Origin: Methanothermobacter thermautotrophicus str. Delta H | GTDB taxonomy: Archaea > Methanobacteriota > Methanobacteria > Methanobacteriales > Methanothermobacteraceae | DNA: 32,000 nt | Direction: 5' to 3' | NCBI RefSeq assembly: GCF_000008645.1 | Contig: NC_000916.1 | Coordinates: 510,001 to 542,000 of the forward strand | Part shown: in pieces, positions 1 through 10,367 of the stretch | How positions within the stretch are numbered: the stretch's first letter is position 1 | Layout of the letters: each line of letters starts with the position of its first letter | Notes under the pieces: model-generated | Databases searched by the model: none | What the model was told of the DNA's origin: nothing | What the model saw: the letters and a program-made list of their open reading frames with translations, nothing else | Translations under genes and position numbers: made by a program

Positions 1-270
1 GTCAGGATGGCTAAGGAGATGGGTGACATCGCCAAGGTAGCTGTGATGCCAGAGAACCTGGCAGACACCCTGGTGGTACTCCAGCTCCTCACATTTGAGG
101 AGGACACTGTGGCAATATCCATGGGGGAACTCGGTAAATACACGAGGGTTGCAGCCGCCCTCTTTGGCTCACCCATCACCTTCGCATCAATGGGGAGGGG
201 GACAGCCCCGGGACAGATGGATGTTGATGTAACCCGGAAAATGATTGGAGAACTCATGCCGGAGGATTGA
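1..270 (+). CDS. aroD: type I 3-dehydroquinate dehydratase, C-terminal part (gene begins before window)
   Basis: C-terminal motif VAVMP...TISMGELGKYTRVAAALFGSPITFASMGRGTAPGQ typical of AroD type I; stop TGA at 268-270; no start visible in the window. Confidence 0.85.
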   Translation, partial: VRMAKEMGDIAKVAVMPENLADTLVVLQLLTFEEDTVAISMGELGKYTRVAAALFGSPITFASMGRGTAPGQMDVDVTRKMIGELMPED

Positions 271-272
271 CC

Positions 273-887
273 ATGAAGAAGGTTCTGATTGCCATTGCAG
301 TGCTTGCCATCATCGCCGTTTCAGGTGCATTTTACTACCTTGATCATGTGGATTCTGTTGACATAACCATAAAGACCGATGGTGTTAACATCACCGTTGA
401 GGCCGACACCATCTTCTTCCAGAAGGTCCCCGCAGGGATGGAGCAGGAGATAGGGGACTACATGGCGGATGTCATCAATGACCCTGACAGCACCGTTGAA
501 TCAATAAAAAAGGACGTGACCGACATAGCAGAGAGGTACGGTTACAGGGAGGTTAACGTCAGGATAGAGTCACAGTTCGGTGTTGACCAGCTCCCAATGC
601 CGGCCGTTGTGAGCGGTGACTCAATGTATCCAACACTGAAGGACGGCCAGGATCTCATAGTCCTCAAGACAGACAGGTACACCGTGGGGGACATAGTAAT
701 AGCAAGGCACCCTGAATACGGCCTCATTGTGAAGAGGGTCGGCAAGATCGAACCTGAAAGGGTCTACCTGATGAGTGATAACAAGAAGGTTGAACGCATC
801 TACACTCCGACCTCTGTTATTGTGAGAACACCCCTGAACACATGGGTTCCAAGGTCAGCCATTGTGGGTGTTGTGAAGGAGTACTGA
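273..887 (+). CDS. S24/S26-family signal peptidase I-like membrane protease
   Basis: N-terminal TM (VLIAIAVLAIIAVSGAFYYL), catalytic-Ser motif SGDSMYPTLKDGQD, then GDIVIARHPEYGLIVKRV and YLMSDN. ATG at 273 preceded by GGAGG. Confidence 0.8.
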   Translation: MKKVLIAIAVLAIIAVSGAFYYLDHVDSVDITIKTDGVNITVEADTIFFQKVPAGMEQEIGDYMADVINDPDSTVESIKKDVTDIAERYGYREVNVRIESQFGVDQLPMPAVVSGDSMYPTLKDGQDLIVLKTDRYTVGDIVIARHPEYGLIVKRVGKIEPERVYLMSDNKKVERIYTPTSVIVRTPLNTWVPRSAIVGVVKEY

Positions 888-1112
888 AACCCTTTCTGGA
901 CCTCCAGAATCAGAGATTCCCAGCAACATTATTTTTTGATGACACCATCTTCCTTTTTGAGGACATACCTTCTCTGTCTCAACACCATGGTGACTCACTC
1001 TATGGATCTGCAGCTAATCTAGATCCAGGTACTGAAAAACCGTTTCAAAGAACTCAAATTCAAAAAAAATTGATGAACTCAGACAATTCCCTCAGAGAAA
1101 GATAAAAAAGAA

Positions 1113-2085
1113 TCAGGTGAATTTGGACAGCCTCTCAACCCTCTTAAGCATGTTCGGGTGTGTTGATAACAGTTCAAGGATCCTTGCACCCAGTCCGACC
1201 TTAACTCCACCGTATTTTATCCTCTGGAGTTCAGCGAGGTCTATGGTCCCATCCATGTTCATGTCAAGCTGGCGGAGGTCCTCTATCTCACCGTACGCCG
1301 CTGACACATCATTCAGGAAGAAGGCCTTGACACCCTCGACCTGTTTCAGGTCGTCCCTGTTGAACTGGGCTGAGCCGTAGCACAAGCTTGTAGAGTGCGC
1401 TTGCAAGTTTGTGTGGCTGACCACCAATCTCCACACTACCCTGGTCAGCGTAGTACTCCCTTGTCCTTGATATGAAGAGTACTATGAGCTGACCTATGAA
1501 GTATGCAATGAGGGCTGCAATACCCACCAGATTTGCCTCATCATCCCTGCTGAAGACCGTGCTCCAGAATATGTAGTAGCATATGAGGGGGACGGCGCTC
1601 ACCAGGGTCATGACTATCATGTCGCTGTGCTTTATATGGGAGATTTCATGTCCGAGGACTGCCCTCAGTTCCTCCTCATCAAGGAGGTTGAGTATTCCCC
1701 GGGTCACACAAACCCTTCCATCAGCCTTTGTTCTTCCGAAGGCGAATGCGTTGGGCAATGCGATCTCCGCTATTCCGACCATTGGTTTGGGTATGCCGGC
1801 CCTTCGTGCAAGTTCATCCACCATTGCATGCAGTCGGGGTGCCTCGGCTTCGCTCACGTAGTGGACGTTCATTGTGAGTTCCACTATCTTCGGGGAGATG
1901 AGGTACTGCAGGAATATCACTCCGAAACCCAGGAGGGCATAGAAGAGTGGTCCTCCAAGTCCCAGGATGGATCCTACGACCATGAGTATCGCATAGATCA
2001 ATCCGAATAAAAGTACTGTCGCCAGGAACATTCTGAGCTTCAGTTTCCATGTGCTGAGTCTTCTCATTTTGGCTTTTTCCTCCAT
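1113..2085 (-). pseudogene. htpX: HtpX-type M48 zinc metalloprotease, interrupted by one apparent 1-nt frameshift near 1380
   Basis: N-terminal ORF 1309-2085 has TM segments, GHEISHIKHSDM and REYYADQGSVEIGG...ALYKLV; the continuation YGSAQFNRDDLKQVEG... is in another frame. Removing one base at about 1380-1381 joins them. Confidence 0.8.
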
Positions 2086-2325
2086 CGAGCCATTAGTTAC
2101 AAAGTGTTATTTTATTATGTGATGATATAAATCTTTTGTTATTATTGTAAGGTATGGAGGGCCCTGAATATGGAGGTTCCTGACTGTAAGCACGGTAGCC
2201 GGGATCCGCATGTAGCATAGCACTCCGACCAAAGAGACCATTCCCTGAGACCCAAAGTTTATTAAATATTAAAGTATATTTCATATTAAGGGGATGATAA
2301 TATCAGGAATCTATGGAAAGTTCTA

Positions 2326-3258
2326 ATGTTAGTGACCATCTTTGCCCTTATCGGATCCAGTCAGGCCGTCCAGATAGGCAATACAAGTTACGGCTATGTT
2401 GAGAAGGACTACTACGGTAACCAGAGCTCCAATGAGACCATAGGACTCATAATAGGGGTTCATCCCCGTGAGTCAGGTATACATGAAGCCGTGAGGAAGA
2501 CCCTCCAGACCTCAAACCTCACAAAAAGATACGTCCTCTACAGCGTCCATGTGACATCCAATGCCTACGACTACTCGAAGGGCCGTATGAACGGCCAGCT
2601 ACTTGCAAGGAACTTCATTGTACCTGATGTAAAGAATGAGAAGCCCATGCTGGTCATTGACTGCCATGAAAACCTTTACCGTCAGAGTGGATACGCATAC
2701 CCCCGCTTCCTCTATGTGATCTCAGAGAACCTTGCAACCATAAATTACACGGAACAGATAGTATCCAGGATGGGCTTCCTGAGAGTATATACACCCCCAA
2801 AGGCAACGAGTCCTCAGTACGTGACAGTGCCGATAGCCTCACAGGGATACAGCACCATAATATATGAGACCTATAAATATGACAGCCAGTCAAGAAAGCT
2901 CAGCGACGCAGGTATGTTCATATCATGCCTTGAAAGCCTCAGAACCTACATTTCAAGGGGTATAAACATCACTTCAAGTAGCCCGGCTGCGGGAGCTGTA
3001 ACCTCAAGGAGGCCGATAATAAGGGTCACCTTCTCAAAGACAATAAAACCTGGAAGGTACTGGAGCAGGGTAACCCTCAAAAACAGGTATGGTAAATCTG
3101 TGAGGGTCAGGACATGGGTTTCCGGTAACACCCTCTATGTGAAACCAGTCTACAGGCTATCCCGGAACAGCTGGTACACCCTCACCATACCGGCCGGTGC
3201 ACTGGTTGACGCCCCAGAGAATAAATGGACGCTTAGGTTCAGGACCGGGAGAAGATAG
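2326..3258 (+). CDS. secreted/membrane-anchored M14-like (carboxypeptidase/succinylglutamate desuccinylase fold) protein with C-terminal Ig-like domain
   Basis: Hydrophobic N-terminus; GVHPRESGIHEAV and VIDCHENLYR resemble M14-type metal and catalytic motifs; C-terminal SPAAGAVTSRRPIIRVTFSKTI...LYVKPVYRLSRNSWYTLTIPAGALVD resembles Big_5/SbsA Ig-like domains. Start codon uncertain. Confidence 0.5.
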   Translation: MLVTIFALIGSSQAVQIGNTSYGYVEKDYYGNQSSNETIGLIIGVHPRESGIHEAVRKTLQTSNLTKRYVLYSVHVTSNAYDYSKGRMNGQLLARNFIVPDVKNEKPMLVIDCHENLYRQSGYAYPRFLYVISENLATINYTEQIVSRMGFLRVYTPPKATSPQYVTVPIASQGYSTIIYETYKYDSQSRKLSDAGMFISCLESLRTYISRGINITSSSPAAGAVTSRRPIIRVTFSKTIKPGRYWSRVTLKNRYGKSVRVRTWVSGNTLYVKPVYRLSRNSWYTLTIPAGALVDAPENKWTLRFRTGRR

Positions 3259-3399
3259 GGTAGAAAAAAACCATTCTTCATTTATTTTTTAGAATTGTTC
3301 TAATGATGGATATGTAAGCCTAGAGAATCGTTGGGAGATCTTTTCTTTTTCTGGATTATAAAACTGCAGGATAAAAGCGCTTCTGTGCTGTTTTCTACA

Positions 3400-4176
3400 C
3401 TAACATTTCATTAATTCCCTGATGATTTCATCCACTTCATTTTTAACAGCATATGCTCCCAGTGATTCCCCTTTTAGATTCATTTTGGTTATAGCTGGTG
3501 AATAAGGTAGAACACCTTTAATTTCGTTACCCTCTGAAGTTAATAGTTCTGTCAAAATTGGCTCCGTTTCCTCATCAATTTTGTTGAGGATTACTCCAAA
3601 ACGTTTATCTGCTTCATGGGTAAGTTTTGCAGCCTTTTCTGCTAGTAGAACTGCATCACTGGAAGGATCTACCACCATCACTACAGCATCTGCCCCCTCC
3701 ACTATTCCACGCCCGAAGTGTTCTACTCCTGCTTCAGTATCTACTAAAACCCATTGATCTTCTTCTAATCTTACATGATTCAGGAAATCTCTCGTTACAG
3801 CTCCCATAGGACAGGCACATCCCTCCATTGCATGATCAATTTTTCCTATCTGCATTAAACCTAAAGATCCAACCCAGCACACAAATTCCTGTGATAGACT
3901 CTCTAGATCAAATTTTTCCCTGAAAAGTTCGGGTTCAGTTTCCCCATCTCTGATCATTGACCTCAACTTTTTCATTACACGAGGTTTACCGCCAAGATAA
4001 TCCATGAGAGTTTTCTCTGCTGGCTCAATTCCTAAGATCCCACTTAATCCAATATTAGATTCATCCGAATCAACAACCAGGACCCTTTTTTTCTGTTCTT
4101 TAAGTGTGTGAGCTATTAAAGTTACCAGCGTGCTCTTTCCACTTCCGCCTCGACCACTAATAATTAACTTGGGCAT
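3400..4176 (-). CDS. CooC/MinD-family P-loop ATPase (metallocenter insertion type)
   Basis: MPKLIISGRGGSGKSTLVTLIAHTL, VLVVDSDESN, WVLVDTEAGVEHFGRG, VVVMVVDPSSDA: deviant Walker A and CooC-like spacing. ORF could extend to 4191. Confidence 0.8.
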   Translation of the reverse strand: MPKLIISGRGGSGKSTLVTLIAHTLKEQKKRVLVVDSDESNIGLSGILGIEPAEKTLMDYLGGKPRVMKKLRSMIRDGETEPELFREKFDLESLSQEFVCWVGSLGLMQIGKIDHAMEGCACPMGAVTRDFLNHVRLEEDQWVLVDTEAGVEHFGRGIVEGADAVVMVVDPSSDAVLLAEKAAKLTHEADKRFGVILNKIDEETEPILTELLTSEGNEIKGVLPYSPAITKMNLKGESLGAYAVKNEVDEIIRELMKC

Positions 4177-4197
4177 GCCGAAACCTTCCATCTTGAA

Positions 4198-4744
4198 TTA
4201 TTCCATCCTACAGTTCCAGTTATAAGGGATTATATCATTATCAAGAGGATTGACCCTCCTTTCATCAACATTTTCAGGATCGTAAAGAAGAGAAGGCATT
4301 CCGATTACCACCGATATTTTATTACCTATATTTTTCGTACCGTGAAAAATTCCAGGAGGGATATAGACTACACAGGGACATTTTTCACCCATAAATATCT
4401 CATTAAGGACCTGATATGTAGGTGAATCTTCCCTGTAATCATATAGGGCAAGCTTTACCATTCCCACGACACAGATCAGACGATCTTCCTGTTTAGAGTG
4501 AAGATTCCAGCCCTTGATCATCTTTGGATAGGAATATGAAGCAATTAATTTGCCTGATATTCTCTCCTTTCAGTTTCTTGTCATCCAAACGAAGGAGTTC
4601 CATCAGGAATCCCCTTTCATCACTGAACATTTTCAGATCATTTATAACCACTCCGTCAATGAGTTTTTCTCCATAAAAACCTGGAATATTTTGAACTCGT
4701 GGCTTTTCCAGTTCATCAAAATTTTTTAAACTTTTTGGTTTCAT
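4198..4744 (-). pseudogene. dTDP-4-dehydrorhamnose 3,5-epimerase-like cupin protein, split by one apparent 1-nt frameshift near 4543-4546
   Basis: N-terminal part (GEKLIDGVVINDLKMFSDERGFLMELLRLDD) and C-terminal part (MIKGWNLHSKQEDRLICVVGMVKLALYDYRED...CVVYIPPGIFHGTKNI) are in different frames. Deleting one T gives QINASYSYPKMIKGWNLHSKQEDR, the RfbC-like core. Confidence 0.7.
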
Positions 4745-5379
4745 TCGCGGGTCTCCCTTTTTTCATACATCCATGCTAAAGGATCCTTGCCATCCGGGAA
4801 CATTGCACCGTAGGGTTCAAATTTATTGATATCGCTAACAGTGCAGAAATGCATTCCACGATCCGATTCTACCATCATTAAAGGGTTAGCCTTCTCTATG
4901 TCCCATGAACCATCTTCTGGATTGTAGATATCATCGTTCACTTCAAGATGCACAACTTTACCGAGGATCAATAAATAAGGAAAGCCTTCATACTCATCTT
5001 CATAAATGTTATGCAGTTTACATTCCATCCATGCATAACACCCTTCAATTCCCGGTGCTTTAACCTTTTTTGAGGGTCTTTCCTTTAAATCCGCCAGTTC
5101 AAATTCATTAACATCAAAAGGAACATGCGAAGCTGTTGGTATCACTTTATCAACCATTTCAACCCCTGGCATATTAATAACAAATTCCCCAGTGTCTTTG
5201 ATATTAACAACTGTGTCTCTCATCTTTGCTGAAGCCACACAGATCAGATCAAAGGGGCGTAAAACTGGCATAACACATGAATAAGGTGCTATGTTCCTAA
5301 TTCCATCTTTACTTGTCGTTGAGATAAATGTCACTGGCAGCGGTATCAGAGATTCTCTCTTAAAATTTTCAAGTATCAT
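4741..5379 (-). CDS. flavin reductase-like / flavoredoxin FMN-binding split-barrel protein
   Basis: [59 protein letters not shown] matches flavin reductase-like domains; stop overlaps the cupin start (4741-4744). Confidence 0.8.
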   Translation of the reverse strand: MILENFKRESLIPLPVTFISTTSKDGIRNIAPYSCVMPVLRPFDLICVASAKMRDTVVNIKDTGEFVINMPGVEMVDKVIPTASHVPFDVNEFELADLKERPSKKVKAPGIEGCYAWMECKLHNIYEDEYEGFPYLLILGKVVHLEVNDDIYNPEDGSWDIEKANPLMMVESDRGMHFCTVSDINKFEPYGAMFPDGKDPLAWMYEKRETRE

Positions 5380-5879
5380 ATTATCACCAATCCATAATTT
5401 TTTTCCTCTCGTATATATAAATATTAGTTCTAAATCAAAAAGTATTATTATTTTGCCGTATATTCTTTAATGCTTATTACTACTTCCTGTAGTGGTGGTT
5501 TAAAGTTGAGGGAACTCGTGGAGTATGTATTATCACATCCTCCAAAGAAAATCAAAAACAACAATCACTCAAAAGAATTCGCTGGAAGTTCAGATAACCT
5601 ATACGAGAATCTTATGGATTTAGTGCTGGATTAGCTAATTAAATTGAGTTAAAAAATGAAATGGGGATTCTAACAGTATCCTGGATCAAAATACGAATAT
5701 AGGTGGCAAAATTATATAAGGAAGACATTAAAGATCTGAACACTTTCAGGGGATTATTATGAGAGCTGCGGATTATATAAGATATTCTATCTGAATCAGC
5801 AGCAGAACCGAAGAAAAAAGAAGGATAGAATTCCACAGCAGCTGAAGCCGCCTTAAATCCGCCGAGTCCATTTCAAGTT

Positions 5880-6545
5880 TCAGAGGATACCGTTCCTTTT
5901 AAGGAGCCTCCTGGGGTTCTTCACAAGCGCCTCCTCCACTCCGGACTCGGTTAGACCTGCCCCGAGGCCTATCCTCCGTGCCATCTCATAGTCGATCAGA
6001 TCCCCCGGTGCATGGGTATCCGTGTCAATCACGATGGGGACACCAACCTCCCCTGCAATGGCTGCCACGTGACCATTACCAAGGCAGTGCCCCTTCCTGG
6101 CACTTATCTCAAGGGTCACATCATTCTCACGGGCCAGTTCAACGTCCTCAATCGTTATCAGGCCCGGATGGGCCAGTATATCAACCTCCGGGCAGCTTAC
6201 CGCTGCATGGTTGGTGCCCGGGATCACCGGCTCCACCAGGGTTTCGCCGTGTACAACAATCACCTCGGCCCCGAGCCTCCTTGCCCTCACTGCAAGTTTC
6301 TCAATTATCTCAACGGGCGCATGTGTGATCTCAGCCCCCGGGATAACCGTGATGTCCCAGTTATCACCTATGTCCTCCACGGCGTCGATGAGGTTTGTTA
6401 TGGTGTTTATGTTCGAGGCGTCTATGTGGTCAGTGATGGCTATTGCCTCATGTCCAAGTACACAGGCCCTCCTTGCAAGTTCGGATGGCAGGAGCTCACC
6501 GTCACTCAGGAGGCTGTGGGTGTGAAGATCTATCCTCTTTCTAAT
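5880..6545 (-). CDS. PHP-domain metal-dependent hydrolase; probable ATT (non-ATG/GTG/TTG) start
   Basis: Track ORF starts at GTG 6380, but the same frame upstream encodes [47 protein letters not shown], the defining HTH/TDH motifs. In-frame TGA at 6564-6566; GGAGG at 6557-6553 is 7 nt before ATT 6545-6543. Confidence 0.75.
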   Translation of the reverse strand: MRKRIDLHTHSLLSDGELLPSELARRACVLGHEAIAITDHIDASNINTITNLIDAVEDIGDNWDITVIPGAEITHAPVEIIEKLAVRARRLGAEVIVVHGETLVEPVIPGTNHAAVSCPEVDILAHPGLITIEDVELARENDVTLEISARKGHCLGNGHVAAIAGEVGVPIVIDTDTHAPGDLIDYEMARRIGLGAGLTESGVEEALVKNPRRLLKRNGIL

Positions 6546-6652
6546 TTCAGGCCCTCCATGAAATCATTACAATCTGTACCGGGAGGGTCGCAACAATTCT
6601 CTCCTCCCTGAAAATCATTATATTGCTGTTGATACACATCAAAGATTAAGGT

Positions 6653-7531
6653 ATGTTCAGGGAAGTATTTAAAATGAAGCCCAGGGTCTTTGTACCAGCA
6701 CACATAACAGGATTCTTCGAGGTTGTAATGCAGAGGGACCCCCTGAGGTCAGGGTCCAGGGGGGCCGGTGTCGTCCTGGACAGGGGTGTTAAAACCGGGG
6801 TGAAGCTCAGGGGTTCAGATGACACCACGAAGGTGAGGGTGAACGGAAGGAGAGATGATGATGGAGTTAGCATTAGGGCCGTTGAAATCCTGAGGGAGCT
6901 CACAGGGTTCAGTGAGGGGGTGAGTATCCACCACGAGGTGGAGGTGCCCATAGGGTGTGGCTTCGGGACATCAGCCGCCTGCGCCCTCGGGAGCGTCCTT
7001 GCAATTGCATCTGAACTGGAACTCCCCATCACCTTCAACATGGCAGGTGAGGTGGCACACCGTGCAGAGGTTGAACTCGGAACCGGTCTCGGGGACCTCA
7101 TAGCTGAGGTAACAGGTGGAATGGTCATCAGGACCCGGGAGGGGCCGCCAGGGTACGGGAGGGTTGACAGGATCATCCAGGACGGCCTCCACGTTATAAC
7201 CCGGACGCTGGGGGAACTTGACACCGCATCGGTGATACATGATGATGCCCATGTGAGGGCCATCAACAGGATGGGGGGTGGTATGATAGGTCGCCTGCTT
7301 AAGAGACCAGCCCCGGCCCGGTTCATGGAGCTCTCCCGGGAGTTTGCAGAGGGGGCAGGCCTCATCCCCCGGGAGCTCAGGGAACCCCTGGAGGAACTCT
7401 CAGAGGGTACGCTGGGTGCCTCCATGGCCATGCTGGGGAACACAGTATTCGCCCTATCAGAGGACCCTGACGCCGGTGGCGCTGGCACCAGTACCTACGG
7501 TATCGACCAGCTGGGTGCAAGGTTCATATGA
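6653..7531 (+). CDS. pantoate kinase (archaeal GHMP kinase, CoA biosynthesis)
   Basis: FVPAHITGFFEVV...DPLRSGSRGAGVVLDRGV; GHMP motif EVPIGCGFGTSAACALGS; LGTGLGDLIAEVTGG. Alternative ATG at 6674. Confidence 0.85.
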   Translation: MFREVFKMKPRVFVPAHITGFFEVVMQRDPLRSGSRGAGVVLDRGVKTGVKLRGSDDTTKVRVNGRRDDDGVSIRAVEILRELTGFSEGVSIHHEVEVPIGCGFGTSAACALGSVLAIASELELPITFNMAGEVAHRAEVELGTGLGDLIAEVTGGMVIRTREGPPGYGRVDRIIQDGLHVITRTLGELDTASVIHDDAHVRAINRMGGGMIGRLLKRPAPARFMELSREFAEGAGLIPRELREPLEELSEGTLGASMAMLGNTVFALSEDPDAGGAGTSTYGIDQLGARFI

Positions 7532-7669
7532 AAAACATACCCCGCCACAGGCCCCGGAAGTACTCAGAACTCCAAAACTCAGTCCATATGAAAAACATAC
7601 CCTGCCACAGGCCCCGGAAGTACTCAGAACTCCAAAACTCAGTCCATATGAAAACATACCCTGCCAGGC
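7525..7669 (+). repeat. 60-bp tandem repeat, two near-perfect copies plus a partial third
   Basis: 7525-7584 and 7585-7644 (catatgaaaaacatacccYgccacaggccccggaagtactcagaactccaaaactcagtc) differ at one base; degenerate third copy from 7645. First copy contains the pantoate kinase stop codon. Confidence 0.95.
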
Positions 7670-7856
7670 CCTGACCCTGATCCGACAGCCACTCGACCGT
7701 AGACTCTGAAAACTCCAGCACCGCTGGATTATGCCTTATATGACCCTTTCCTTACATCTGAGGTTCATAATGAACAGATATGTGGATTTGTGGGGAAAAT
7801 ACTTTAAATTAAAAGGATATATTAATTGATGTTAGCAGAAGCAGCTTCGTGATCAG

Positions 7857-8417
7857 ATGATAAGGATAGTGTATGATATCAACATCTACCGTGAGGTCCT
7901 CAGGGAGGTCCTTGAACCATCCCACACCGTCGTGGAGCTTGGCTGCCACGTGGGTAACTCAACGCGCATAATCTCGGACCTTGTACCTGAGGGGAGGGTT
8001 GTGGCCGTCGACAACAGCCCCGAGGCTGTCGAGGTAATGGAGTCCCTCAGCAGGGAACGTGACAACGTTGAATTTATCTCAGGGGATGTGCGGCTCCATG
8101 AAACCCTCGAGAAGGTCTGCACCATGATAGACAGCTGTGATGTTCTCAGCGTGGACCTTGGAGGTGGCTACCACCCGGATACAACCTTCAAGGTCTACTT
8201 CATCTGGTCATCCACACTCAAACCAGGGGTCTCCATCATAAGGAACCGGGGGCTCCTGGACTTTGTATGCTCATCCATCACCGAAGAGTCATTCACCTCC
8301 AGGTATGGATGGCTTGAGTCAAGTGGGGACGCTGGAATCCCCCCACGACTCAGGGAATTTAAGCTCTGGTCCAGCAAGATATACAAGGAGGGTGCCCATG
8401 ATAGGCAAAAGGATTAG
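7857..8417 (+). CDS. class I SAM-dependent methyltransferase-like protein
   Basis: [37 protein letters not shown]...[10 protein letters not shown]: motif I, II and III pattern. Confidence 0.75.
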
Positions 8418-9198
8418 GATTGAGAGGATAATCAACAGGAAGACGGACAGGACTGTCATAGTACCCCTCGATCACGGAGTCTCCATTGGACCCGTTCGCG
8501 GGATAATCGACATGGCAGGCACCATAGATGAGGTTGCAAGTGGCGGTGCAAACGCCGTTCTCATGCACAAGGGAATGGTCAGGAGTGGACACAGGGGATA
8601 CGGGAGGGACATAGGACTCATAATACACCTCTCGGCCAGCACAGGCCTCGGCCCCGACCCAAACCACAAGGTCCTTGTGACCTCAGTTGAGAAGGCCCTC
8701 AAGCTGGGTGCCGACGCGGTATCCGTCCATGTGAATGTGGGATCCGAAAGGGAACCCGAGATGCTGATAAAACTCGGAACCGTTGCAGAGATCTGTGATG
8801 ACTGGGGCATGCCCCTCATTGCCATGATGTACCCCAGGGGTAAGAAGATAGATGATGAGCACGACCCGGAGGTCGTGAAGCTGGCAGCCCGTGCAGGCGC
8901 AGAGCTCGGTGCAGACATAATAAAGACCAACTACACCGGTGACCCTGACACCTTCAGGGACGTTGTGAAGGGGTGCCCGGTCCCTGTGGTGATAGCTGGC
9001 GGACCAAAGATAGAGACAGAGGAGGAGCTACTCCAGATGGTCAGTGACTCTGTGGAGGCAGGGGGCGCAGGGGTCGCCATTGGAAGGAACATATTCCAGG
9101 CCGATTCACCTGCAAACATGACAGGGGCCATAGCAGGCATAGTCCATGATGGCCTGAGTGTCGAGGAGGCCGTCAGGATACTGAAGGGTGGCGAGTGA
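8398..9198 (+). CDS. 2-amino-3,7-dideoxy-D-threo-hept-6-ulosonate synthase (archaeal shikimate entry, class I aldolase family)
   Basis: [33 protein letters not shown]...NAVLMHKG...[30 protein letters not shown]...[15 protein letters not shown] 8398 preceded by aaggaggg; overlaps the preceding gene. Confidence 0.9.
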
Positions 9199-9199
9199 G

Positions 9200-10324
9200 A
9201 TGAAGTTCGCATGGCTCCTGGCCCCCGACACCTACTGGGATGAGAAGAAGACCTTCATAACGGCGGCCCTGGAATCAGGGATAGACCACATAGTGGACAC
9301 CGCCGATTCCGGGAGGATAAAGAAGCTCGGTAACCTGACCCTCATCTCCCCTGATGAGGACGCGGATATAGTACTTGTAGGTAGGGATGGTGAGGGTGAC
9401 GGGACCCTTGAACTCCCGGAGACCCTTGAGTACTCAAGGGACATTGAAATGGCATCAGAACTCAGTGAAAGTGGAAGACAGGTTGCAGCCTACGTGGAGA
9501 TAAGGAGCAAGGCCCATGAGGAGCTTGCCAGGAGGCTCGGGCGCGTCGTTGACTACCTCATACTGGTGGGTGAGGACTGGAAGATCATCCCCCTGGAGAA
9601 CATAATCGCAGACCTGCAGGAAGAGGATGTTAAACTCATCGCCGCGGTGGCTGACGTGGACGAGGCCCGGGTTGCCCTTGAAACCCTTGAACACGGAACC
9701 GACGGTGTCCTCATAGAACCGGCAGACATATCCCAGATAAAGGACATTGCAGCCCTCCTTGAGAATATTGAAAGCGAGACCTACGAACTTAAACCCGCCA
9801 CCATAACCCGCATCGAGCCCATCGGATCAGGTGACAGGGTCTGCGTGGACACATGCTCCATAATGGGGATAGGCGAGGGCATGCTTGTGGGTAGCTACTC
9901 ACAGGGACTGTTCCTGGTGCACAGTGAATCCCTTGAAAGTGAGTATGTGGCATCAAGGCCCTTCCGTGTCAATGCGGGTCCTGTACAGGCCTACGTCATG
10001 GTGCCCGGTGGCAGGACCAGGTACCTCTCGGAACTTGAAACCGGCGACGAGGTCATCATAGTGGACAGGGATGGCAGATCACGCTCCGCGATTGTGGGGA
10101 GGGTGAAGATCGAAAAGAGGCCCCTGATGCTCGTTGAGGCAGAGTATGAAGGCATGAAGGTCAGGACACTCCTCCAGAATGCCGAGACAATAAGGCTCGT
10201 GAATGATAAGGGTGAACCGGTATCTGTAAGTGAACTGGGTGAGGGTGACAGGGTCCTGGTCTACTTCGACGAATCCGCCAGGCACTTCGGGATGGCCATA
10301 AAGGAGACCATAATCGAGAAATGA
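9200..10324 (+). CDS. aroB': 3-dehydroquinate synthase II
   Basis: [34 protein letters not shown]... [14 protein letters not shown]...[14 protein letters not shown] typical of the archaeal AroB' family; adjacent to ADH synthase. Confidence 0.9.
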   Translation: MKFAWLLAPDTYWDEKKTFITAALESGIDHIVDTADSGRIKKLGNLTLISPDEDADIVLVGRDGEGDGTLELPETLEYSRDIEMASELSESGRQVAAYVEIRSKAHEELARRLGRVVDYLILVGEDWKIIPLENIIADLQEEDVKLIAAVADVDEARVALETLEHGTDGVLIEPADISQIKDIAALLENIESETYELKPATITRIEPIGSGDRVCVDTCSIMGIGEGMLVGSYSQGLFLVHSESLESEYVASRPFRVNAGPVQAYVMVPGGRTRYLSELETGDEVIIVDRDGRSRSAIVGRVKIEKRPLMLVEAEYEGMKVRTLLQNAETIRLVNDKGEPVSVSELGEGDRVLVYFDESARHFGMAIKETIIEK

Positions 10325-10367
10325 TGGTGTGTGAAGGAAGCCATGCCCCGCTACAGAAAGGGATAAA

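Noticed and set aside
1627-2010. 127-aa ORF on the plus strand
   Set aside because: Antisense to the HtpX-like gene, whose motifs are clear in the other strand.
5639-5836. 65-aa minus-strand ORF in the AT-rich intergenic region
   Set aside because: No recognisable motif or clear ribosome-binding site; more likely chance.
6646-7488. 280-aa ORF on the minus strand
   Set aside because: Antisense shadow of the pantoate kinase gene; Pro/Ser-rich, no recognisable motifs.
7525-7669. Possible CRISPR array
   Set aside because: Units are contiguous 60-bp tandem copies with no unique spacers, and no cas genes are present in the window.
7457-7721. Minus-strand ORFs with 20-aa peptide repeats (SYGLSFGVLSTSGACG...)
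   Set aside because: The periodic peptide is only the translation of the 60-bp DNA repeat; no start context or homology-like features support coding.
8472-8930. 152-aa ORF on the minus strand
   Set aside because: Antisense to the ADH synthase gene; composition is an artefact of the codon usage on the opposite strand.
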